DNA of 63,616 nucleotides, filler included, from 6 parts of 6 records of this genome joined end to end with filler, not necessarily neighbours in it, one strand, 5' to 3'; numbered from the whole stretch's first letter, positions 37,531 to 48,209 are shown. Program-made: numbers and translations. Notes: a model not told the origin generated them from the letters alone.

Positions 37531-38676
37531 ATGCCCAGACGTAAGAAACGCAAGGAAATTTTTGCCCTTGGCAACGAGGCTGTTGTTGAAGGGGCATTGT
37601 TGGCCGGGTGTTCGTTTTTCGGTGGATATCCAATTACTCCGTCATCTGAGATAATGGAGATAATGGCTGCTCGTCTGCCCAAGACTGAAGATGGTGTTTT
37701 TATTCAGCTTGAGGACGAAATCGCCAGTATGGGAGCCATTATTGGTGGTTCTTTGGCTGGTCGTAAGGCAATGACCGCCACAAGTGGACCTGGCTTTTCG
37801 CTTATGCAGGAGAATCTTGGGTACGCGATTATGGCGGAAGCTCCTTTGGTTCTGGTGAACGTCATGCGTGGTGGCCCATCAACAGGCTTACCTACCTGCC
37901 CGGCGCAGGGAGATGTTCAGCAGGCTCGTTGGGGAACGCATGGTGATCATCCGATTATCGTGTTGTCAGCCTCTAACGTGCAAGAATGTCTTGATATGAC
38001 AATTACTGCATTCAACATGGCTGAGAAATACCGAACTCCGGTTATCCTGTTGTTGGATGAGGTGACTGCGCACACTCGTGAAAAAATCGAATTGCCCAAT
38101 GAAGGCGAGTACGAAGTCTTTTCTCGCACTGTTCCGTCCATGCCGCCTGAGTGGTACAAGCCGTATGAAGAGACCGTACGGGGTGTACCGCCCATGCCTG
38201 CCATTGGCTCTGGTTATCGTTTTCATGTGACTGGTCTGACACATGATCGGAATGGATTTCCTACGCAGCGTCCGGAAGAGGTCGTTGAGCTTATGGATCG
38301 TATCCATCGAAAGATTGACCAGTTCTTCTATGACATCCAGTTGGTGGACGAGGTCCAGACTGATGACGCGGAAGTTGTGGTTATCGCTTACGGTAGTGTG
38401 GCCCGTTCTGCTGAACTGGCTGTGCAGCAGGCCCGCGAAAACGGTGTGAAAGCCGGATTGCTCAAATTGAAAACCCTGTTCCCGTACCCCAGAAGGCATA
38501 CCGAAAAGGTGCTTGCCAAGGCCAAGACACTGGTGGTGCCTGAAATGAATATGGGTCAGATGTCTCGCGAGGTGAAGCGTGTAAATATGGGCCAGGCTGC
38601 GGTCAGGACCATCAATCGCGTGGACGGACAAATCGTCACTCCCGCGGAAATCCTCAAGGTCATCATGCAGGGGTAG
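37531..38676 (+). CDS. korA: 2-oxoglutarate/2-oxoacid:ferredoxin oxidoreductase alpha subunit
   Basis: GYPITPSSE, TATSGPG, RGGPSTG, PEMN.GQ. Confidence 0.92.
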   Translation: MPRRKKRKEIFALGNEAVVEGALLAGCSFFGGYPITPSSEIMEIMAARLPKTEDGVFIQLEDEIASMGAIIGGSLAGRKAMTATSGPGFSLMQENLGYAIMAEAPLVLVNVMRGGPSTGLPTCPAQGDVQQARWGTHGDHPIIVLSASNVQECLDMTITAFNMAEKYRTPVILLLDEVTAHTREKIELPNEGEYEVFSRTVPSMPPEWYKPYEETVRGVPPMPAIGSGYRFHVTGLTHDRNGFPTQRPEEVVELMDRIHRKIDQFFYDIQLVDEVQTDDAEVVVIAYGSVARSAELAVQQARENGVKAGLLKLKTLFPYPRRHTEKVLAKAKTLVVPEMNMGQMSREVKRVNMGQAAVRTINRVDGQIVTPAEILKVIMQG

Positions 38677-38680
38677 TGAC

Positions 38681-39532
38681 ATGAGTAATTTTACCGGAAA
38701 TGAAATCATCCATCAGTATTTGAGGCATAACAAGAAATTCCCGCATGTTTTGTGCGCTGGTTGCGGACATGGCATCGTGCTGGGAACCTTGATTCGTTCA
38801 ATTCACGCTTTGGAAATACCCAAGGACGACGTGGTTGTCGTGGCAGGTATTGGTTGCTCAGGTCGTCTGGCTGTGTACGTGGACTTCAATACCGTTCATA
38901 CCACTCATGGTCGCGCCTTGAGCTTTGCTACGGGCATCAAAATGGCTAATCCGAAACTCAACGTCATTACCATTATGGGTGATGGCGATGCATTGTCCAT
39001 CGGTGGCAATCATCTTATCCATGCGGCTCGTCGCAATATTGGCGTCACTGCATTGGTGTTGAATAACAATATCTATGGCATGACTGGCGGACAGAGTTCT
39101 CCGGCCACGCCTGTCGGTTCCACAACCATGACCAATCCATACGGGCAGCTTGATAGCAGTTTTGATACTGTGGAATTGGCCAAGGGCGCGGGTGCCAACT
39201 ATGTGGCGCGTGGTACGGTTTTTCATGTGAACAAACTGGAAAAGATTATGACCGAGGCCATAGAACGTCCCGGTTTCAGTGTGGTGGAAGCTATCACGCC
39301 GTGTCATACCCAGTATGGTCGCAAGAACAAGTACAAGAGTCCCGTGGATATGTATAAGTGGATGAAGAAGAATGCCATCCCGATTGAGCGCTACAATGAA
39401 CTTTCTGAAGACAAGCGTAAAGATCGCATGCCCATTGGCGTATTTGTCGAACGGGATCGCCCCGGCTTTGAGGAGAGTTATCAGAAGTTGCAGTCGAACT
39501 TTCTGGCGCAGGCCGCCAAGGGAGGCAAATAA
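38681..39532 (+). CDS. korB: 2-oxoacid:ferredoxin oxidoreductase beta subunit
   Basis: CAGCG, GIGCS, HGRA, GDGD...NN..YGMTGGQ. Confidence 0.92.
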   Translation: MSNFTGNEIIHQYLRHNKKFPHVLCAGCGHGIVLGTLIRSIHALEIPKDDVVVVAGIGCSGRLAVYVDFNTVHTTHGRALSFATGIKMANPKLNVITIMGDGDALSIGGNHLIHAARRNIGVTALVLNNNIYGMTGGQSSPATPVGSTTMTNPYGQLDSSFDTVELAKGAGANYVARGTVFHVNKLEKIMTEAIERPGFSVVEAITPCHTQYGRKNKYKSPVDMYKWMKKNAIPIERYNELSEDKRKDRMPIGVFVERDRPGFEESYQKLQSNFLAQAAKGGK

Positions 39533-40119
39533 TGAAACCGCAGCAAGAACTTGAGCGTTTCGAAATTCGCTTTTCCGGTCTGGGCGGTCAGGGTATCATT
39601 ACGTTGGGCAAGATCATGGGACAGGGACTGGCTCTTGGCCATGGCTACAATGTCACCCAGACTCAAAGCTATGGCCCTGAGGCGCGTGGTGGGTCCAGTA
39701 AATGTGATCTGGTCATAAGCTCAAGTCCTATCAGCTATCCCAAAGCTGAGAATTTGGATTTGCTTGTGGCATTGTCTCAGGAAGCTTGCAACACGTATTA
39801 TCCCTATCTGAAGCCCGGAGGGGTGTTGGTGCTGGAGTCTGATTTGGTCAAGCAACCGCCGACCAATCAATTTCTTGGCTTGCCGTACACCGCGCTTGCC
39901 AAGGATAAAGTCGGTATCCTTCAGGCCATGAATACCGTTGTTCTGGGGTCTCTGTCCTTCCTGCTTCCCTTTGTCAATCAGGGGGCCATGCGCAAGAGCT
40001 TGGAATCCGTACTGCCACCCAAGATCAAGGCTATCAACACCAAGGCTTTCAATCTGGGACATCGTCTTGCCAAGAAAGAATGGGGTGATAATGTCGGCGA
40101 AGCATGGCGTGATGAATAG
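39532..40119 (+). CDS. korC: 2-oxoacid:ferredoxin oxidoreductase gamma subunit
   Basis: SGLGGQG, SYGPEARGG. Confidence 0.9.
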   Translation: MKPQQELERFEIRFSGLGGQGIITLGKIMGQGLALGHGYNVTQTQSYGPEARGGSSKCDLVISSSPISYPKAENLDLLVALSQEACNTYYPYLKPGGVLVLESDLVKQPPTNQFLGLPYTALAKDKVGILQAMNTVVLGSLSFLLPFVNQGAMRKSLESVLPPKIKAINTKAFNLGHRLAKKEWGDNVGEAWRDE

Positions 40120-40151
40120 CCAGCAAACGTAAAGCGTTTATAATAGATATG

Positions 40152-40185
40152 AAAAAAGGGTGCCGATTGTCCGGTACCCTTTTTT
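40152..40185. terminator. Bidirectional terminator between convergent genes
   Basis: AAAAAAGGGTGCCG-ATTGTC-CGGTACCCTTTTTT. Confidence 0.8.
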
Positions 40186-40199
40186 ATATTGAGATTTGT

Positions 40200-40859
40200 T
40201 TAGTCGAATTTGTTTTTGACTGTGGGAACCATGCCATCGTCACTCTTGAGTTGAGGCAGCATTTCTCGGATGTTGTCGGAGATGGGCAGTGTCCAGTTGT
40301 GAGCCGAGACAACAGCGGAGTCTACCAGTCGTATGACTTTGGAGGACATATAGACATAATTGTCGCCAATTACGTAATTGCCGGTGAGCATCCCGGATCT
40401 GGGAGGCAATTTGCCTGACATGGTGTCGGTGAGACTTTTGTAATCTTCGGCACTGGCTCCTTTGCTGTAGAGGTAGTCGGTAGCATTGGGAGTGCCGTCA
40501 GTGATGAGTACACCACGTTGGACTAGTCGGTCCGCGATTTGTTGAGTTATGACTGAGCCGAAAATGGCATTGTCGCCGGGGTCTTTTTGATTGGTGAATC
40601 GTTTGACAAACACGGCAGATTTTAGAGTTAATTCCCCTTTGCCTACGTTGGAGTATAGCACATCAGCTGCTCTGTAGTTCAGTTCGATAAGAGGAATTGA
40701 CGAGGTCTCATGGTAAGATTTCGCTGTAGGAGCGGTGTCAAAGACATAGTTGTATGTTTCTGAGGCAGTATCCTTACCGTCTTCCCACATGCGGTTGCCA
40801 CACCCAGTCATGAAGAGGGTGGTGGAGATCATGAGTAATATCAGTACAGGCTTGGTCAT
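40200..40859 (-). CDS. FlgO-family outer membrane lipoprotein
   Basis: Lipobox MTGC; FG..I..QIADRLVQRG...LTGNY...V......IRL.D..VVSA pattern. Probable start 40859. Confidence 0.6.
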   Translation of the reverse strand: MTKPVLILLMISTTLFMTGCGNRMWEDGKDTASETYNYVFDTAPTAKSYHETSSIPLIELNYRAADVLYSNVGKGELTLKSAVFVKRFTNQKDPGDNAIFGSVITQQIADRLVQRGVLITDGTPNATDYLYSKGASAEDYKSLTDTMSGKLPPRSGMLTGNYVIGDNYVYMSSKVIRLVDSAVVSAHNWTLPISDNIREMLPQLKSDDGMVPTVKNKFD

Positions 40860-40923
40860 CTGTTGCCGTCCCGGAGTCGCAGTTAAGCCGTCTGACGAAC
40901 CGTGCATATGGCTCGCCTAGGGT

Positions 40924-41763
40924 CTATTCGGCTGTTTGTGGAATTTCCTTTAGTATAGCGCGGATAAGATTTGTCATTGTTACCGAAGATTTTTTTGCCT
41001 GAGCGATGACGGTATCCAGCGATGCTTCCTTCATGCAGTCAGGTAGGTTCTTATTGGTCAGGCAGGATATACCGAGGATACGGATACCCATGTGATGAGC
41101 TGCGATGGCCTCCATACAAGTGGACATGCCAATGGCGTCTGCTCCCAGCCGTCGATACATGCGGGTTTCTGCAGGAGTTTCCATGTTTGGCCCCATGATC
41201 TGCATGAATACGCCACGCTCCAATCGGATGCCCAGTTCAAGAGCTTTGTTTATGGCCAATTGTCGTAGAGCTGGGTCGTATACAGCGCACATGTCCGGGA
41301 ACCGTTCTCCCCAAGAGTCGACGTTTTCGCCGCGGAGAGGTGTGTGACCCGTCATATTAATATGATCCTCTATAACCATGGGGGAGCCGGTTTCAAAGGA
41401 AGGGTTGAGCGCGCCTACAGCATTGGTCAGGATGAGGTTCTTCACGCCGAGTTCTCCCAACACACGGATATTATGAGTCGCTTCCTGAGCGGTGAATCCT
41501 TCATACAGGTGGAATCGGCCTTGCAAAGCCAGTACTGGAACGCCATCAATCGTGCCGGAAATCAATTGTCCGGCATGGCTCTTGACTGTTGATACGGGGA
41601 ACTCCTCAATCTCTTCATAAGGCAGCAAAATTGGGTTTTCAATAGCGTCAGTAAGTCCGCCAAGTCCTGTGCCTGTTACAAATGCGACAGTATCAGCTTG
41701 AACTTTGCCTAATTTTTCCTGTATGTATGCGACAGAATGTTGTATCTTTTTACGGTATTCCAT
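40924..41763 (-). CDS. punA: Purine nucleoside phosphorylase (trimeric type)
   Basis: GTGLG, QGRFHLYEG, LTNAVG, ETPAE, GADAIGMST..E. Confidence 0.93.
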   Translation of the reverse strand: MEYRKKIQHSVAYIQEKLGKVQADTVAFVTGTGLGGLTDAIENPILLPYEEIEEFPVSTVKSHAGQLISGTIDGVPVLALQGRFHLYEGFTAQEATHNIRVLGELGVKNLILTNAVGALNPSFETGSPMVIEDHINMTGHTPLRGENVDSWGERFPDMCAVYDPALRQLAINKALELGIRLERGVFMQIMGPNMETPAETRMYRRLGADAIGMSTCMEAIAAHHMGIRILGISCLTNKNLPDCMKEASLDTVIAQAKKSSVTMTNLIRAILKEIPQTAE

Positions 41764-41855
41764 GTTGACTCCTTGATTTCGCAGCAGTGATTGTCTCCGG
41801 CGGAGACTGAATTGTGAACGGAATAAATTGAACTCAGTAAGGACAGGTTCGTTTT

Positions 41856-42611
41856 ATGGATATTGTGACACTACTTGGTCTCACCGTTGGTTTTGCGCTC
41901 ATTATCGGGGCAATTGTCATAGGTGGGGCTGTTGATGTTTTTATCAATGTTCCCGGTATGATGATTGTCGTTGGCGGTACTTTGGCGTCTATTATGGTCG
42001 CCTTTCCTTTTGAAGAGGTTATACAGGCCTTCAAGGCCGCCTTCAAGATTTTCGTATCCCGTAAAACCAAAGTACGTGATGTTGTGAACATCATGGTAAA
42101 AGTGGCGGAAATCAGTCGTCGTGAAGGGCTGATCGCTTTGGAAAATGTTCAGACTGAAAATATGGTCCTCAAGAAATCCTGCCAGCTTATCGCGGATAAT
42201 GCGGACCCGGATCTTATTCGTTCCACACTTGCCATTGAAATTACTTCCATGCGCCGCCGTCATCAGGTCGGACAGGACGTGTTCAAGCGATTGGCAGCAC
42301 TTGCTCCCGCATTTGGTATGATGGGAACGCTCATTGGTCTCGTTCAGATGCTTTCTCAATTGGATAATCCAAAGTCTATTGGACCGGCCATGGCCGTTGC
42401 GTTGCTGACGACATTTTATGGTTCAGCAATGTCTACGTTGTTTTTCATCCCCATGGCGGCCAAGCTTAAGGCAAGGACGCTTCAGGAACAATTGCATCTT
42501 GAAGTTATATTCGAAGGTGCCAAGTCCATTTTGGAAAACAACAACCCGAGGCTTGTTTACGAAAAATTGTCCTCCTTCCTGGCCCCGGCAGAAAGGGATA
42601 CACAACGATGA
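41856..42611 (+). CDS. motA: Flagellar stator MotA/PomA
   Basis: RREGLIALE, APAFGMMGTLIGLV, MAVALLTTFYG. Confidence 0.93.
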   Translation: MDIVTLLGLTVGFALIIGAIVIGGAVDVFINVPGMMIVVGGTLASIMVAFPFEEVIQAFKAAFKIFVSRKTKVRDVVNIMVKVAEISRREGLIALENVQTENMVLKKSCQLIADNADPDLIRSTLAIEITSMRRRHQVGQDVFKRLAALAPAFGMMGTLIGLVQMLSQLDNPKSIGPAMAVALLTTFYGSAMSTLFFIPMAAKLKARTLQEQLHLEVIFEGAKSILENNNPRLVYEKLSSFLAPAERDTQR

Positions 42612-43348
42612 GAGACGATGATCGGTTGATTTCTTTGCCCGATGAAGAAGAAGAGGGCGGCGGCGAATGGCTGACGACGTTTGCCGACCTCTCTATGCTT
42701 TTATTGGTCTTTTTTGTGCTTCTCTATTCCATGTCGACCATTGATACACATAAGTTTTCCGAAACATTTTCTTCTGTGACCAAGGCGCTGCAGGGTAAGA
42801 TGCAGAAGGTGGCTACCAGTCGAATAACTCGAGAAGAAGCCGGTGTGCTTATTGATCAAGCCCTTATGCGTCGGCAAATTATCGAGTCTCAGCGTAAAGT
42901 ATATGCCGAGGTCAAGACTTTGCAGACCAAGAAAGGCGTGGAAGGGCTGGTCAGTGCGAATTTTGAGGATGGAGTTATTACCATACGGGTTCCGGGCGAT
43001 GTCATGTTTCCTTCAGGCAGGGTTAATTTGACACCGAAAGGAGTTCGATTGGTTGCCACGCTCAAGGATTTTTTTATCAAACACAAAGATCAGAATATCA
43101 AGATTGTTGGATACACGGATAATGTACGTCCCAGTCAAAGGTCACGCTTCAAGGATAATTGGGAAATTTCTGCTCTCCGAGCCGTCAATGTTTTGAGGGA
43201 ATTGCTCAAAATGGGGCTTGAGTCCACTCGGTTGACAGCCACTGGGCTTGCGTATTTGAACCCCTTGTTTCCGAACTCTTCAGCTGAGTATCGGGCCAAG
43301 AATCGTCGCGTTGAATTCATACTTGAAAAACGGGTGTCCGGTCAGTAA
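42608..43348 (+). CDS. motB: Flagellar stator MotB/PomB
   Basis: WLTTFADL TM Asp; OmpA-like domain (GYTD, NWEIS..RA, NRRVE). Confidence 0.93.
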   Translation: MRDDDRLISLPDEEEEGGGEWLTTFADLSMLLLVFFVLLYSMSTIDTHKFSETFSSVTKALQGKMQKVATSRITREEAGVLIDQALMRRQIIESQRKVYAEVKTLQTKKGVEGLVSANFEDGVITIRVPGDVMFPSGRVNLTPKGVRLVATLKDFFIKHKDQNIKIVGYTDNVRPSQRSRFKDNWEISALRAVNVLRELLKMGLESTRLTATGLAYLNPLFPNSSAEYRAKNRRVEFILEKRVSGQ

Positions 43349-43388
43349 TGTCACCCGGCGGTTTTATTGAATTCTATTTGGGGGAGTC

Positions 43389-43769
43389 ATGGATTTTGAA
43401 ATAAGTATACCTGAAGATGAAGAACAGTTGCGCAAGGCTTTTCGTACCAAGGTTCCCGGCCTCAAGGCCCGGTTCCCGGAGCAAAAGCGTCTGCTGGATG
43501 TCATGGATTTGAGTGCCACCGGATTTGCCGTACTCGATGCCGAAAAGAGCTTTTCAGAGAAGCAGACGGTTGAGGTGGAATTGTTGATTAACAAGAAGCT
43601 TTTTTTGAGCGGAATATTCGCGTTGGTCATGCGAGTCCTTGATAACGGCATTGTGGGGTTGAATTTCGTCGATCTGGAACGACAAAAACAAATCAAGTTG
43701 GATAAACTTGTTCTTGAAGTCCAGAAGCGACTCATTGCCCTGCGCAAGAAAAAACGGGAGCAAGGCTGA
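43389..43769 (+). CDS. PilZ domain protein
   Basis: RKAFR and DLSATG c-di-GMP binding motifs. Confidence 0.85.
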   Translation: MDFEISIPEDEEQLRKAFRTKVPGLKARFPEQKRLLDVMDLSATGFAVLDAEKSFSEKQTVEVELLINKKLFLSGIFALVMRVLDNGIVGLNFVDLERQKQIKLDKLVLEVQKRLIALRKKKREQG

Positions 43770-43771
43770 TA

Positions 43772-45199
43772 GTGTTTTCAACGAACGGTGATCGGCACAA
43801 GGTCCTCATAGCCAATCGCGGCGAAATCGCCATGCGGGTGATGAGGGCCTGTCAGCGTCTGGGGCTGGATTTCGTTTGTGTCTGTACGCCGGAAGATGAG
43901 GCGTCCGGGCACGTTGTGCTTGCCCGAAAATTGGCTGGCGACAGTGCTGTTTACACTATTACATCGTATCTGGATGCGAACGAATTGTTCTCGGTGGCCG
44001 ATGCCAGCGGAGCGACAGCGGTGCACCCCGGGTATGGCTTTTTTGCCGAAGATTTCCGGTTTGCTCGGCGTGTGGTGCGTCGAGATAGGCCCATGGAATT
44101 CATTGGTCCATCCTGGTGGGTTATTCGAGATCTGGGTGACAAGATTAACACCAAGCGTATTGCTCGGAGTCTGAATGTTCCGACAGTGCCGGGGTCTGAT
44201 CGTCCGGTCTATAGTGAACTTGAAGCGGACGAGATCGCGTCCAGCCTGTTTGATTTTCAAGCGAGTCAGGGCATTCTTAATGGCGTGATCATGGTCAAGG
44301 CTTCGGCTGGTGGCGGTGGTATGGGCATTGAGGAAGTCGGCGATCTTGATGAATTCCGTTCTGTTTTTCGTCGTATTCGCAATTATGCCAAACGGAACTT
44401 CGGCGATGAGGGAGTTCTCATCGAACAGCGAATTTTCGATTTTAACCACCTTGAAGTACAGGTGGTCAGCGAACGTAGCGGTAAGCGGCATGTGCATTTC
44501 GGGACTCGTAATTGTTCTGTACAGTCTACAGGTAAGCAGAAACGCATTGAAGTCGCACCGGGGTTTGCGCCGGGGGTTGTGCCATATACTTTTGATGCGG
44601 AAAAGGTGCTTGAGGAGATTACTCAGCACTCTTTGTCAATGGCCCGCGAATCCGGGTATGACAATGTCGGAACATGGGAATGGATTATTACACCGAAGGG
44701 TGAACCGTTTCTTATGGAAGTGAATACGCGGATTCAGGTGGAAAACGGTGTGTCCGCAATTATTTCCAAAGCTGATGGTAATTCTGTGGATATTATCACC
44801 GAACAGATTCGTTTGGCACTGGGACAGCCGCTTGGGTATAGTCAGGATGATATTGAACTCGACGGTGTCGGGATTGAGTATCGTATTGTTGCTGAAAACA
44901 CGGATAATTGGTTTACGCCGTGTGCTGGGCGAATTACTCGGTTTGAATGGGAAGAGCAGGACTGGCTGGATGTGTATACCCAAGTCCCAACTGATACGAC
45001 GTACGAAATTCCCATGGAATTTGATCCGAATCTTGCTTTGGCCATTATTTGGGGCAAGAATCTTGAAGAGGCCAAAGCGCGTGGTGTTCAGTTCCTCGAC
45101 TCTCTGGTTCTGGAGGGTGATATTAGCGGGAAATCTGAAGATTTTTACACCAATATCAAATATTTGAAAGCCAAGACTGATAGACTTCTGGAGTTTTAG
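43772..45199 (+). CDS. accC: Biotin carboxylase
   Basis: KVLIANRGEIA, HPGYGF, KASAGGGG.G, EVNTRIQVE. Confidence 0.9.
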   Translation: MFSTNGDRHKVLIANRGEIAMRVMRACQRLGLDFVCVCTPEDEASGHVVLARKLAGDSAVYTITSYLDANELFSVADASGATAVHPGYGFFAEDFRFARRVVRRDRPMEFIGPSWWVIRDLGDKINTKRIARSLNVPTVPGSDRPVYSELEADEIASSLFDFQASQGILNGVIMVKASAGGGGMGIEEVGDLDEFRSVFRRIRNYAKRNFGDEGVLIEQRIFDFNHLEVQVVSERSGKRHVHFGTRNCSVQSTGKQKRIEVAPGFAPGVVPYTFDAEKVLEEITQHSLSMARESGYDNVGTWEWIITPKGEPFLMEVNTRIQVENGVSAIISKADGNSVDIITEQIRLALGQPLGYSQDDIELDGVGIEYRIVAENTDNWFTPCAGRITRFEWEEQDWLDVYTQVPTDTTYEIPMEFDPNLALAIIWGKNLEEAKARGVQFLDSLVLEGDISGKSEDFYTNIKYLKAKTDRLLEF

Positions 45200-47467
45200 A
45201 TGGATACGACAAAAAAAGTCCAGAATCTCAAAGATCGTTTGAGTTATATCCGAGATATCTTCGCGGCCAAGGAAGATGACTCCATTCGTTTGCTTTCTGC
45301 CCGGTTGAATGAATTGTTGGAACGGCATCAATCACAACCCGGTGGCGTATCCAGCAGCCAATTGGCACGACTTGAGGATTTATTCGATTTTTCAGAACGT
45401 AAACTTGATTTGACCCTCACACCCATGGATCGGGTACGGATCGTGCGGCACCCGCAGCGTATTTGTCTCAAGGATATACTTGAGAACGTTTACGATAATT
45501 ATACTGAGATTGGTGGGCGTGGCGAATTCAATATCGATCCGTCCATGCTGATTGCCAGAGCTGTTTTTTCCCGCAGGGTCGGTGACAAAGTCATCAATCA
45601 GATGGTCATGGTCATCGGGCAGGAAAAAGGCCATGGTGAGGCTTTTCGTAATGGCGGCTCGGTCAAGCCTTCGGGGAATGCCAAGGCGTTGCATTACATG
45701 AAAGTCGCTGAAACTGAGAATATTCCGGTGCATACTTTTGTGTTTACCCCCGGAGCATATCCCGTGGAAGATTGGCCGGGAGCAGCCCAGCAAATTGCCA
45801 AGAATTTGTATGAATTGGCTGCGCTCAAAGTACCGGTTATATCCGTTTTTTCCGAAGGTGGTTCCGGTGGAGCTGAAGCTGTAGGCTTGGCTGACCGACG
45901 TATTATGCTTTCTCACGGGTACTATTCCGTTATTTCCCCCGAAGGTGCGGCAGCCATCGAAGGCGGCTTACGAGGTGGTACACGGGCAACACCTGAATTG
46001 ATTGAAAAATGTGCCAGGCAGCTTTGTATTACAGCCGAAGATAATCTTCAAAATGGGTACATTGATCGTATATTGCAGGAACCTCCTTTGGGTGCCAGAC
46101 CCAATCATTATGAATTTTTTCGAGAACTGCGGCGTGAGTTGATCCAAACCACCAACGAAGTGGTTAGCGGCGTCAAATCCATGAAATTGTATCGTGCTAT
46201 GGCTGTTCGCGGCAGTAAGACCGATGATGCTGAATCCATTTATATGCGGTGGACTTTGTCGAAATCTGCGTTGAATCGTTTGGTTGATCAACGGCAGCGA
46301 AAGTTCAGAAGTTTGAGTCGTCACGCTCGTTTGGATGGTACAGGAGTTGTTAACCGAGCAGTGACTGCGACTAAGGGAGCGGTCTGGGCGACACATTCCT
46401 TTTTACGATATGACCTTTTGGGACGGCAGAAAAAACGCCTTAATGCCATGTTTGAAGACATTGGTGCAGAAGCACATTTGGTTCGCCACAAGCTTCTTAT
46501 GCCGTTGAAAAAGACTATGGACAAAGTTTTGCCGGGTAATGGTTCCGATCGTCCTGTTGTGGGTGAAGAGGTCATGAACAGATTGACTCGGTTGTCTTGC
46601 CCTGAAGACGGCGCTTGTTTGGTTGGCAGCGAATGGAACTGGACCAGTCCTCGTAGTCATGAGGATCGGACTCTTACCTGTCCCAATGTGCGAACACAGC
46701 ACTGCCCTGATTTGTGGGTACCTGATCTTTTTGGTGATTTTGCTGGTGTATGTCCTTCCTGTGGCCACCATTTTCCCATGGAATATCGATGGTATCTGGA
46801 AAATGTTTTTGATTACAGCGAATCCAAGGAATTTAACCAACAGTTAGAATCCGTGAATCCACTGGGGTATGAGAAATTTGATTTCAAGCTCGACAAGGCC
46901 AAGGAAAAGACCGGGTTGAAATCAGCTTGCATTACCTTTGAAACTTCCATTGAAGAGGTCGATACCGTTGTCGCGGTGTTGTGTGCGCCTTTTCGGGGTG
47001 GCAGTGTAGGCGCGGCCGAGGGTGAAAAATTTATTCGTGCGGCGGAACGGGCTGGACGCAAACGGCAGCCGTTTATTGCCTACGTGCACGGCACAGCGGG
47101 AATTCGTATTCAGGAAGGCGTTAACGGCGTTATTCAGATGCCTCGGTGTACCATCGCTGTACGTCGTTATATCGATGCTGGTGGGCTATATCTCGTGCTG
47201 TATGATACCAATTCCTATGCCGGTCCCGTAGCTAGCTTTTTGGGATGTTCTCCTTATCAATTCGCCGTACAGTCATCAAACATCGGTTTTGCTGGTCCAG
47301 GTGTTATTACCGAGACCACAGGCATCACGACTCCACCGGATTATCATCGCGCGTACCATGCGCTTTCACGTGGTCATATCCACGGTATTTGGGATAGACG
47401 AGAGGTCAAAAAAAACCTCCATCAGTCGCTCTTGACCATGGGTGGTCGCAACCTATACTATCGATAG
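45200..47467 (+). CDS. Carboxyltransferase, fused alpha (AccA-like) plus beta (AccD-like, Zn finger)
   Basis: TPGAYP, GGSGGA, YYSVISPEG (alpha); CPN..C...CPSC, GGSVG..EGEK, G.RIQEG, IGFAGP.VI (beta). Confidence 0.88.
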   Translation: MDTTKKVQNLKDRLSYIRDIFAAKEDDSIRLLSARLNELLERHQSQPGGVSSSQLARLEDLFDFSERKLDLTLTPMDRVRIVRHPQRICLKDILENVYDNYTEIGGRGEFNIDPSMLIARAVFSRRVGDKVINQMVMVIGQEKGHGEAFRNGGSVKPSGNAKALHYMKVAETENIPVHTFVFTPGAYPVEDWPGAAQQIAKNLYELAALKVPVISVFSEGGSGGAEAVGLADRRIMLSHGYYSVISPEGAAAIEGGLRGGTRATPELIEKCARQLCITAEDNLQNGYIDRILQEPPLGARPNHYEFFRELRRELIQTTNEVVSGVKSMKLYRAMAVRGSKTDDAESIYMRWTLSKSALNRLVDQRQRKFRSLSRHARLDGTGVVNRAVTATKGAVWATHSFLRYDLLGRQKKRLNAMFEDIGAEAHLVRHKLLMPLKKTMDKVLPGNGSDRPVVGEEVMNRLTRLSCPEDGACLVGSEWNWTSPRSHEDRTLTCPNVRTQHCPDLWVPDLFGDFAGVCPSCGHHFPMEYRWYLENVFDYSESKEFNQQLESVNPLGYEKFDFKLDKAKEKTGLKSACITFETSIEEVDTVVAVLCAPFRGGSVGAAEGEKFIRAAERAGRKRQPFIAYVHGTAGIRIQEGVNGVIQMPRCTIAVRRYIDAGGLYLVLYDTNSYAGPVASFLGCSPYQFAVQSSNIGFAGPGVITETTGITTPPDYHRAYHALSRGHIHGIWDRREVKKNLHQSLLTMGGRNLYYR

Positions 47468-47552
47468 TCCAGAGTTCGTTACAGACGGACCAGATCTTTT
47501 GGACCTCCGGCGTCGGAGGCAGAAAGCAAAAACGAGAATACAAGGAAAGATA

Positions 47553-48203
47553 GTGCTGAATATCAAAGAGTTACTTGATAAGGTTAAAGCGTCCCCTTAC
47601 CGTGAAATCGTGGTTCGTGCTCCGCATACCGGCGTGGTTGAGTTTGCTGGTTTGAAGCAGGGCGATACTGTTCGTGGTCCCGGAGGCGATTATAAGGAAA
47701 AACCCGGCACTTTGCTGGCGAATTTGACCCGCGAAAAAAATAAGAAATCCATTCCGGCACCGGAGAAGGGTATTATTGAGGCTGTTCATCTGGAACACGA
47801 AGGCCAATTCGTGGAAGCCGGTGAACCGCTGGTAACCATCAAGCATTATTTGACCCGTAAGGAAGTTATTGAGCTTATTCTTCAGGAGGCCTTGTACCTG
47901 TTCCGTGCTCCTGAGCGCGCCAAGTATTACTTCGTTCCCGAAGTTGATCAAAAACTGAAGGTATCCGGCAAGCGTTCCGTTAAAGTGCATGATGGGATGG
48001 AAATTCTGATCGTTTCTCGTATGAAGCGTGAGACTCCTTTGGCCTACACCGGCCCTGATGGCATTATTTATTCCGTCTATTTCGGTCGTGGTGATAATGT
48101 GGACGAGGGCGGCCCGCTGATCGGTGTCTGTCCAGAAGATCAATTGACCGTCATTCAGGATGTGGTTGCTCGTATCCAGAGTGAATGGGAAGAGGAAGAG
48201 TAG
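47553..48203 (+). CDS. Biotinyl/lipoyl-domain protein (atypical biotin carboxyl carrier)
   Basis: Two tandem beta-hairpin carrier-like domains (V.APHTG...IPAPEKG..EGQFVE.GEPL; second with SRMKRE). Probable GTG start at 47553. Confidence 0.7.
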   Translation: MLNIKELLDKVKASPYREIVVRAPHTGVVEFAGLKQGDTVRGPGGDYKEKPGTLLANLTREKNKKSIPAPEKGIIEAVHLEHEGQFVEAGEPLVTIKHYLTRKEVIELILQEALYLFRAPERAKYYFVPEVDQKLKVSGKRSVKVHDGMEILIVSRMKRETPLAYTGPDGIIYSVYFGRGDNVDEGGPLIGVCPEDQLTVIQDVVARIQSEWEEEE

Positions 48204-48209
48204 GACACT

